NCBI GenBank assembly: GCA_902602515.1
Contig: CACKRG010000004.1
Span: 2,405 to 66,404, forward strand
DNA from: an uncultured Alphaproteobacteria bacterium
Lineage (GTDB): Bacteria; Pseudomonadota; Alphaproteobacteria; HIMB59; GCA-002718135
Length of the DNA: 64,000 nt
Direction: 5' to 3'
In this document: positions 8,646 to 15,929 of the stretch, in pieces
Layout: the number at the start of each line of letters is the position of its first letter
Numbering within the stretch: position 1 is the stretch's first letter
Notes under the pieces: model-generated
Database searches by the model: none
What the model saw: only the letters and a program-made list of their open reading frames with translations
Told to the model about the DNA's origin: nothing
Made by a program: the position numbers and the translations under genes

Positions 8646-10274
8646 TTATGCAAACCACCAACGTTCAGAAATTTTGTTACCATCACTTTCCCAGTTTCCA
8701 GCAACATCATCTTTGTGAGCAAGTTTTTTAGAACCAGCCCCAACATATTGGTTAAATGCGTAAACAATTGCACCACCATCGTAGTTACAAAGTGCTTGAG
8801 CTTCCCAGTACATTGATTTTCTTTTTTCAAAATCAAGTTCTGATCTTGCAGATCTAACTAATTCGTTGAAACGCTTAGTTGAATCTGTTTGCACAAGATT
8901 ACCCCAAGCAGCTTCATTCCACTCAGTGTCATCGGTAAACGCAGCAGACCACATCATATCTTCTGTAGGTCTTCCACCCCAAGAACTCATACTGAATCCT
9001 TTAGTGTTCCATACGTTACTCCAATATCCATCTTCGGGCTCTTTTTTAACTCGAAGATCAATACCGCACTCTTGAGCTGAAGCAGCAATTAAGTTAGTTG
9101 CATCTGTACAACCTGCATAAGGTACTTCAGAAGTACTAATCTCAATTGGGCCACTCACACCTGATTTCTTCCAGTGATATGCAGCTTTATCAGCATCAAA
9201 CTCTCTTTGCTCTAAAGCGCTATTATGGAATGGGTGAGCAGTTGCAATTGGATGATCATTACCTAATGAACCATATCCAAGCATGATCTTATCAACGATT
9301 TCCTGCCTTTTAATTGCAAACTTCATTGCCATACGAACATCAAAGTTATCAAATGGTGGAACATTTAATCTCATTGGAGCTGTATAGTGAGCATAACCAG
9401 ATGCTGCAGTAATTTCTACATTAGGATCTCTAGTTAATAAATTTGCAGTTCTTAGATCAACACCGTTCATCCAATCAATTTCACCGTTTAATAATGCTGC
9501 TTGTCTTGTAGCAGGATCATTAATTCCGATTACCTCAACTGAATCAAAGTGCGCAACGCTATCACCTTTGAAATAATTTGGATTTCTTTTTCCAAACTTT
9601 GCACCAACACCAGGATTGAATTCATCCATAATATATGGACCAGTTCCAATTGTAGATTGTGCATCTACAACTCCATCTTTAGTTGGTTTAATCATTATGT
9701 GATAGTCAGTTGTAATTGCTGGCCAGTCTGCATTTGCGCCCTTAAGTTTAAATATAACTCTATTAGAACCATCAGCTGAGATTGTATCAATTTGTGACAA
9801 TAAACCTCCTGCTGCTGAAGCAGTGTCTGGATTCATATGATACTGATAGTTAAGTACAACATCCTCAGCAGTCATTGATTTACCATTGTGGAACTCAACA
9901 CCTTTACGAAGATTATATACCCAAGTTTGAGCATCATCTGACTCAATTGACTCAGCAAGTTCAGGTACAATACTGTGATCAGAATCCACAACTGTTAAAC
10001 AGTTTTGAAATGACCATGCTGTAGCTTGCATGAACGAGCTTTGATAAGTTGCAGGGTCAAGTGTATCTGTAGTATCAGCTGCACCATTACCCCATCTAAA
10101 ATGTCCGCCTTTATTTGGAGTAGCAGCAACAGCTTTATCAGCTAGTGACAGAGCTATTGGCAGAGTTACACCAGTTGCAAGAACAGACATCATGAACTGT
10201 CTTCTATCAATAAGCCCTTTAGTGAGCTTTGAAGACTGTTCTTTAATATATTTGTCTATTTTCTTATCTTTCAT
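8646..10274 (-). CDS. ABC transporter substrate-binding protein, family 5 (Dpp/Opp/Nik-type), Tat-like signal
   Basis: 542 aa. The N-terminal DRRQFMMSVLATGVTLPIALSLADKAVA is twin-arginine-like. Family-5 SBP length and blocks (LRKGVEFHNG, GTGPY). GGGAGGA SD upstream (10278-10285). Confidence 0.85.
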   Translation of the reverse strand: MKDKKIDKYIKEQSSKLTKGLIDRRQFMMSVLATGVTLPIALSLADKAVAATPNKGGHFRWGNGAADTTDTLDPATYQSSFMQATAWSFQNCLTVVDSDHSIVPELAESIESDDAQTWVYNLRKGVEFHNGKSMTAEDVVLNYQYHMNPDTASAAGGLLSQIDTISADGSNRVIFKLKGANADWPAITTDYHIMIKPTKDGVVDAQSTIGTGPYIMDEFNPGVGAKFGKRNPNYFKGDSVAHFDSVEVIGINDPATRQAALLNGEIDWMNGVDLRTANLLTRDPNVEITAASGYAHYTAPMRLNVPPFDNFDVRMAMKFAIKRQEIVDKIMLGYGSLGNDHPIATAHPFHNSALEQREFDADKAAYHWKKSGVSGPIEISTSEVPYAGCTDATNLIAASAQECGIDLRVKKEPEDGYWSNVWNTKGFSMSSWGGRPTEDMMWSAAFTDDTEWNEAAWGNLVQTDSTKRFNELVRSARSELDFEKRKSMYWEAQALCNYDGGAIVYAFNQYVGAGSKKLAHKDDVAGNWESDGNKISERWWFA

Positions 10275-10290
10275 TTGTCCTCCCTTTTAT

Positions 10291-10331
10291 TGAACAAAAA
10301 CCTGTGTTTTTGTTCATAATTTCTAGAAATT
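10291..10331. promoter_or_regulatory. Two adjacent perfect palindromes in the divergent SBP/permease control region
   Basis: TGAACAAAAAC-ctgt-GTTTTTGTTCA (10291-10316) and AATTTCTAGAAATT (10318-10331). They lie 17 nt upstream of the SBP start codon. Confidence 0.4.
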
Positions 10332-10465
10332 TAACAAAAAACAAACTTAAGTTAATTAACATACAAACATATAAATTATTTAAATTCAACGGATAATTTG
10401 TGAAATTTAGGTTGCATAATGGCCTAATTAAGTAATAACAAAATTAAAATATATAGGAGGATAAT

Positions 10466-11464
10466 ATTAGCCAAATTCACCCAATATTTAGAACAATTTT
10501 TTTACGAATTGGTCTTGGATTAATTACTGTATTTGCTTTTTCAGTAATTATTTTTAGTTGCTTCTCTTTTTTGCCAGGAGATTTTGCAACTGAGATTCTC
10601 GGACAATCAGCTACAAAATCCTCTGTAGAGGCGCTCAGATCAGAATTAGGCTTAGATAAACATCCCATTCCAAGATATTTTGAATGGCTATCTAATGTAT
10701 TTCAAGGAGATTTTGGAAGTTCTTTCTCAGGTAGATCTAAAGTACAAGGTGATCAAGGAGATAGATCAAGACTTGTTGTTGAACTAATAATTCCCAGGCT
10801 TAAAAATACACTCTTTTTAACTGGAGTTAGTGCTCTAGTGGCTATTCCGCTAGCATTGCTACTTGGTATTTCAGCTGCATTATACAGAAATAGTGTTTAC
10901 GACAGATCGGCTACTGGTTTTAGTTTAGTTACTGTTTCTTCTCCAGAGTTTTTTACTGGGTATATTTTTATACTTTTATTAGCTACCTTATTTCCAGTTT
11001 TTCCTACAATAGCAAATGTTAATGAAGACACATCATTAATTGATAGGTTTTATTTAACTGCTTTACCAGTTTTTACTTTAACGCTTGTAACAATGGGTCA
11101 TATGATGAGGATGACTCGGTCAGCAATAATAAATATTTTATCTAGTGAATATATTGAAATGGCAAAATTATCTGGTGCTTCCAGATATGAAGTAATTGTA
11201 AAACATGCTTTACCTAATGCTTGGGCTCCAATTGCTCAAGTCATAACTATTAATCTTGCTTATATGTTAATTGGCTCAGTTGTTGTTGAGTTTGTATTTA
11301 ATTATCAAGGAATTGGAAGACTAATGGTTGGGTCCGTTTATAATAGAGACATTCCAGTTGTTCAGGCTTGCGCCTTAATATTTGCATCGACTTATGTTAT
11401 TTTAAATCTACTAGCTGATTTAATTGGCATAATTTCAAACCCTAGACTTTTATATCCAAAATGA
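10466..11464 (+). CDS. ABC transporter permease (DppB/OppB-like), probable ATT start
   Basis: The track ORF starts at TTG 10571, inside the conserved LPGD block. The frame is open back to 10457 and encodes a typical DppB N-terminal TM helix (IFLRIGLGLITVFAFSVIIFSCFSFLPGDFA). AGGAGG at 10455-10460 sits 5 nt before ATT 10466. There is no in-frame ATG/GTG/TTG in between. Confidence 0.75.
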   Translation: MSQIHPIFRTIFLRIGLGLITVFAFSVIIFSCFSFLPGDFATEILGQSATKSSVEALRSELGLDKHPIPRYFEWLSNVFQGDFGSSFSGRSKVQGDQGDRSRLVVELIIPRLKNTLFLTGVSALVAIPLALLLGISAALYRNSVYDRSATGFSLVTVSSPEFFTGYIFILLLATLFPVFPTIANVNEDTSLIDRFYLTALPVFTLTLVTMGHMMRMTRSAIINILSSEYIEMAKLSGASRYEVIVKHALPNAWAPIAQVITINLAYMLIGSVVVEFVFNYQGIGRLMVGSVYNRDIPVVQACALIFASTYVILNLLADLIGIISNPRLLYPK

Positions 11465-12384
11465 GTGATAGTACACAATCATATTCAGCAAAAGGTGAAG
11501 TTAGTAACATAACTAAAAGAAGAACTAGATTTGAAAGAATAAAAATTGCATTTTCTAAAGCTCCCTTATCTGCTTGGTTTGGAATGATTGTACTTTCTAT
11601 CTATCTTTTTGCTGCATTCTTTGCTCCATTTATTGCACCACATGGTGAAGCAGAAGTTTTCCCAGTTGCGTACGCGCCATGGGGTGGAGAACACTTATTG
11701 GGAACAGATCAAATAGGAAGAGACATTCTCTCTAGATTAATCTTTGCTTCAAGAAATACACTAGGAATTTGTTTTTTAGCTTGTTCCATTGCTTTAATTA
11801 TAGGAACAATATTTGGAATAATTGCAGCAATAGATAGAAGTTATATTGATCAAATCTTAAGCAGATCAATTGATACTTTAATGGCAATTCCTGTAATGAT
11901 TTTTACTTTTATTCTTTTATCAGTTTTTGGACCAAGTAATTTGAATTTAATTTTAATTTTAGGGGTATTAGAATCTACAAGATTTTTTAGAATTTCAAGA
12001 TCTGTAGCTGTTGGTCAAGTTGTATTAGAATATGTTGAGGTAGCTAAATTAAGAGGAGAAAAACTTTCATATATTATTTTTAGAGAAATTCTTCCTAATA
12101 TAGCATCCCCTTTGATAGTTGAATTCGGAGTAAGATTTATTTTTATTATTTTTACAGTTTCAAGTTTAAGCTTTTTAGGTTTAGGAATACAGCCACCAGC
12201 AGCGGATTGGGCTGCTATGGTGAGAGAAAATGCAATATTAATTCAATATGCCCAATATGATATTACTGCAGGATTAACCCCACTAATTCCTGCTGCAATA
12301 ATTGCATTATTAGCTCTTGCAATTAACTTCGTAATTGATTGGTATTTATACATTACAAGCGGTTTAAAAGATGACATCAAATAA
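11461..12384 (+). CDS. ABC transporter permease (DppC/OppC-like)
   Basis: 307 aa. ATGA overlap with the upstream permease. HLLGTDQIGRDILSRL block and EAA-type loop. Confidence 0.85.
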   Translation: MSDSTQSYSAKGEVSNITKRRTRFERIKIAFSKAPLSAWFGMIVLSIYLFAAFFAPFIAPHGEAEVFPVAYAPWGGEHLLGTDQIGRDILSRLIFASRNTLGICFLACSIALIIGTIFGIIAAIDRSYIDQILSRSIDTLMAIPVMIFTFILLSVFGPSNLNLILILGVLESTRFFRISRSVAVGQVVLEYVEVAKLRGEKLSYIIFREILPNIASPLIVEFGVRFIFIIFTVSSLSFLGLGIQPPAADWAAMVRENAILIQYAQYDITAGLTPLIPAAIIALLALAINFVIDWYLYITSGLKDDIK

Positions 12385-13984
12385 TAAAAAAGAACTTCTT
12401 TTAAAAATGAAGAATATTCATATTGATGGATTTTCAGATGAGAGATGGCATAAAATATTAAAAGGTGTAGATCTAAATTTATACAGAGGTGAGATTTTAG
12501 GTTTAATTGGAGAAAGTGGTGCTGGAAAATCAACTATGGGAAAAGCTGCTATGGGTTATACTCAACCAGGTTGTAAAATTATTAAAGGTGAAATAATTTT
12601 TAATGGTAAAGATCTTGCTAAGCTCACAGAATTTGAAAAAAGAAAAATCTGGGGTACTAAAATTTCATATGTTGCACAATCTGCAGCAGCATCTTTTAAT
12701 CCTGCACACAGATTAATGGAACAAACTATTAGTGCAGCAAATAGGGCAAAAATAAATCCTACTGACGTGTTAAGAAAAGATGCAGTCCAACTTTATGAAT
12801 CACTACAACTACCAGATGCTGAAAATATTGGAGAGAGATATCCCCATCAAGTTTCTGGTGGTCAATTACAAAGAATTATGACTGCTATGGCTATGTCGCC
12901 AAGACCAGAACTTATAATTTTTGATGAACCAACAACTGCCCTTGATGTTACTACTCAAGTTGAAGTTCTGTCTGCTATGAGATCAATAGTAGATAAATTT
13001 AATACTGCTGCAATTTATATTACGCATGATTTAGCTGTAGTTGCTCAAATGGCTGATAGAATTAAGGTTCTTAGATATGGAGAAGAAGTTGAAGAGTCTG
13101 AAACAAGAGAGATGCTATCAAATCCTAAAGAAGAATATACCAAATCACTATGGTCAGTAAGATCACTAATCAAGCCTGAAGAAACAAACGATGATTATAT
13201 GTTGTCCATTAAAAATATTGATGCAGCTTATGGCTCATCAAAAGTTTTGCATGATGTTTCTGTTAATATTCCTAGAGGTAAAACTGTAGCAATAGTTGGA
13301 GAAAGTGGATCAGGAAAATCAACAACTGCTAGAGTAATAACAGGGCTACTACCTCAAACCAAAGGAGAAATTATTTTTGATGGAAAAAAATTATCTCCTA
13401 AACTTGAGCAAAGATCAAAAGAAGAATTAAGAAGAATTCAAATAATTTTTCAAATGCCTGATACCGCAATGAATCCTAAACAAACTGTTGATGAAATTAT
13501 TGGAAGACCAATTGAATTTTACCATGGAGTAAAAGGAAAAGAACGTGAAACTAAAGTAATTGAGTTGTTAAAAATGATTGAACTAGATGAAACGTTTTTA
13601 GATAGATTGCCATCTGAATTATCAGGAGGCCAAAAACAAAGAATTTGTATAGCTAGAGCTTTAGCCGCTAATCCAGATCTAATTATTTGTGATGAGGTTA
13701 CTTCAGCATTGGATCAAATTGTTCAAGAAGGAATTTTAAAACTGTTACAAAAACTTCAAAAAGATCTTGGTGTAACTTATATTTTTATAACTCACGATAT
13801 TGCCACCGTTAAAGCCATTTCGGATGAAATAGTTGTTATGTATCAAGGTAAAGTAGTTGAGCAAGGCTTAAAAAGTAAAATTTTAAACCCTCCACACCCT
13901 GATTATACTGAGTTGTTATTATCTTCAGTTCCAGAAATGGATCCTGATTGGCTAACAAATCTTTTAAATAAAAGATCAAGCTAA
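12371..13984 (+). CDS. Fused double ABC ATPase (DppD/DppF-like)
   Basis: 537 aa with two Walker A motifs (GESGAGKST, GESGSGKST) and two signature motifs (VSGGQLQR, LSGGQKQR). Confidence 0.9.
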   Translation: MTSNNKKELLLKMKNIHIDGFSDERWHKILKGVDLNLYRGEILGLIGESGAGKSTMGKAAMGYTQPGCKIIKGEIIFNGKDLAKLTEFEKRKIWGTKISYVAQSAAASFNPAHRLMEQTISAANRAKINPTDVLRKDAVQLYESLQLPDAENIGERYPHQVSGGQLQRIMTAMAMSPRPELIIFDEPTTALDVTTQVEVLSAMRSIVDKFNTAAIYITHDLAVVAQMADRIKVLRYGEEVEESETREMLSNPKEEYTKSLWSVRSLIKPEETNDDYMLSIKNIDAAYGSSKVLHDVSVNIPRGKTVAIVGESGSGKSTTARVITGLLPQTKGEIIFDGKKLSPKLEQRSKEELRRIQIIFQMPDTAMNPKQTVDEIIGRPIEFYHGVKGKERETKVIELLKMIELDETFLDRLPSELSGGQKQRICIARALAANPDLIICDEVTSALDQIVQEGILKLLQKLQKDLGVTYIFITHDIATVKAISDEIVVMYQGKVVEQGLKSKILNPPHPDYTELLLSSVPEMDPDWLTNLLNKRSS

Positions 13985-14038
13985 TTAATCTAATTAAAAA
14001 TACTTGAAAATATTTTAAATTTATTATTTAAATTTTTT

Positions 14039-14881
14039 GTGAAAAAAATTTCTAAATTAGATGAGTATTTATTTGATCTTAATGGATACTTAATTATTAA
14101 AAATGCTTTAAGTAAAAAAGAACTTATTAATTTAAATAAAATTTTGGATGATTTAAAAAACTTAGGTAATAAACAGTGGGCCGGTCATGTTCATGGTCAT
14201 AATTACGGAGGTAAGGAGGGCTTAAATCTTCAACAAATTTATGAAGCAGGAAAGCCTTTTGAAAATTTAATTGACCATCCTTCATGGATTAATCACATGT
14301 TACATTTTGTAGGAGGTAAAGACTCTTTTGACCACACTCATGGTCCATTATTTATTGATGAGAACTTTGCAAATATTAGAGGCCCAGGTGAGGCTATCGG
14401 CATACATTCTGGCAACCATGAAGGCCTACAAAGAAATCATTATAGATTTCAAAATGGAAAATTTCATTGTGCACAAGTAAATATTTTATTAGCTTTGAAT
14501 GATATTGGTCCAGGTGATGGTGGAACTGTTGTAATACCTGCATCACATAAATCTAACATAGAGCATCCAGAATTTAGAGAAAACAAAATGTTAAAAGGTG
14601 GTAAAGTATCATCAGCAGATGGAATGACTGCATCTTTTGAGGTTCATTTAAAAGCAGGTGATGGACTTTTATTTGTAGACTCATTATGTCATGGTTCAGC
14701 AAAAAGAGTTAATAATGGAGAAAGAAGAATTGTTGTATATAGGTATGGACCTTCTTGGGGATTTTTTCGTCACCCGTATCGCCCATCAGCTCAATTACTT
14801 AAAAGATTATCTAAGTTCCAAAAAAGTATTGTGATGCCTCATGAAAAGGTTTTAACTCCTTCTAATAAAAATTCTTGTTGA
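14039..14881 (+). CDS. Phytanoyl-CoA dioxygenase (PhyH)-family Fe(II)/2-oxoglutarate oxygenase-like protein, atypical metal motif
   Basis: 280 aa, GTG start. LLALNDIGPGDGGTVVIPASHKS and GDGLLFVDSLCHGS...RR blocks are typical of PF05721. No HxD/E lies upstream of the ALND block. Confidence 0.7.
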   Translation: MKKISKLDEYLFDLNGYLIIKNALSKKELINLNKILDDLKNLGNKQWAGHVHGHNYGGKEGLNLQQIYEAGKPFENLIDHPSWINHMLHFVGGKDSFDHTHGPLFIDENFANIRGPGEAIGIHSGNHEGLQRNHYRFQNGKFHCAQVNILLALNDIGPGDGGTVVIPASHKSNIEHPEFRENKMLKGGKVSSADGMTASFEVHLKAGDGLLFVDSLCHGSAKRVNNGERRIVVYRYGPSWGFFRHPYRPSAQLLKRLSKFQKSIVMPHEKVLTPSNKNSC

Positions 14882-15147
14882 TTGTGAATATAATTAAATC
14901 AATTTTAAATATTTTTCTAAGTAAAGAGAGCAAATTTAATAATCTTGAGGCAAGAAATATAATGATAGATGAAAGCGACTTTAATAAAATGAATTTAACA
15001 TTAGGAAATACTTTTAAAGTTAACGGAAATATCAAAATTAAAAATTTTAAAGAAAAAATTACAGAAGATAATCTAACGGTAGTAGTTATTAATAATAAAG
15101 GTAAAACAATTGGCTATATTACCAAAAATGAATTAATTAATAATTAA
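14875..15147 (+). CDS. Small hypothetical protein (start uncertain: TTG 14875, GTG 14884 or internal ATG)
   Basis: 90-aa ORF that exactly fills the gap between the PhyH-like and SDR genes on the same strand. The C-terminal VVVINNKGKTIGYITKNELI weakly resembles a CBS-type strand-helix. No recognisable family. Confidence 0.35.
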   Translation: MLIVNIIKSILNIFLSKESKFNNLEARNIMIDESDFNKMNLTLGNTFKVNGNIKIKNFKEKITEDNLTVVVINNKGKTIGYITKNELINN

Positions 15148-15152
15148 ATTTT

Positions 15153-15929
15153 ATGAAAATAAATTTGAAAAATAAAACTTATGTAATCTCAGCTGGTGCA
15201 GATGGTATAGGTTTTGCAATTGCTAAAAAGATTATCAGCGCAGGTGGAAAAGTATATGTTTCTGATATTAACAAAAAAAAAGTTAATGAAATAAATAAAA
15301 AATATAAGAATAAAATTTATGCAACCGCTATGGATTGTACAAATCCAGCTGAAATTAAAAATTATTTTCATAAAATAAAATCTCTAAAAAAAATTGATGG
15401 TCTAATAAATAACATAGGAATAGCAGGTCCAACCAAAAGTCTCGAAAATATAAAAATCGAAGAATGGGAAGAGACTATAAAGACAAACTTACATAGTCAT
15501 TTTTATTATACAAAGTATTCTATTCCATTCTTAAAAAAAGCAAAAAAATCATCAATAATTAACCTTTCTTCTACTGCGGGACTTTATGGTTTTGCTCAAC
15601 GTTCTCCTTATACTGCTAGTAAATGGGCAATAATAGGTCTGACCAAAACTTTAGCAATGGAACTTGGTAAATATAAAATTAGAGTTAACGCAATTTGTCC
15701 TGGATCAGTAGAGGGAGATCGAATGAAACGAGTAGTTGATGCTAAAGCTTTATTAACAAAAACTAATCCCAAAAAAGTAAAACAAGAGTTTGAATCAATG
15801 GTATCTCTACAAACATTTGTTAATAAAGAAGATATTGCTTCAATGGCTTTATTTTTATTAAGTGATGAATGTCAGAATATTTCTGGTCAGGCCATGACAG
15901 TAGATGGAAATACTGAAAGAATGAATTAG
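15153..15929 (+). CDS. Short-chain dehydrogenase/reductase (SDR)
   Basis: 258 aa. SAGADGIG cofactor motif, NNIG, catalytic YTASKWA (YxxxK) and a PG motif (ICPGSV). Confidence 0.85.
   Translation: MKINLKNKTYVISAGADGIGFAIAKKIISAGGKVYVSDINKKKVNEINKKYKNKIYATAMDCTNPAEIKNYFHKIKSLKKIDGLINNIGIAGPTKSLENIKIEEWEETIKTNLHSHFYYTKYSIPFLKKAKKSSIINLSSTAGLYGFAQRSPYTASKWAIIGLTKTLAMELGKYKIRVNAICPGSVEGDRMKRVVDAKALLTKTNPKKVKQEFESMVSLQTFVNKEDIASMALFLLSDECQNISGQAMTVDGNTERMN

Noticed and set aside
8585-8836. An N-terminal 84-codon extension of the methyltransferase ORF (the track gives 7661-8836).
   Set aside because: The extension runs through the GC-rich hairpin and into the 3' end of the SBP gene in another frame. 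The conserved PF02574 N-terminus (KKYLFDGGSGQTL) begins right after the ATG at 8584.
8646-10274. The visibly higher GC content and less Lys/Asn/Ile-rich composition of the Dpp-type SBP gene as evidence of recent horizontal transfer.
   Set aside because: The same shift is seen in other presumably highly expressed or periplasmic proteins in the window (potF, recA, BKACE). It is more simply explained by expression level or protein-class composition. It cannot be tested without computed statistics.
10477-10668. A 63-aa minus-strand ORF in the SBP/permease control region.
   Set aside because: It overlaps the permease N-terminal coding region (LPGDFATEILG block) on the opposite strand and has no SD. 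The plus-strand frame has a clear family match.
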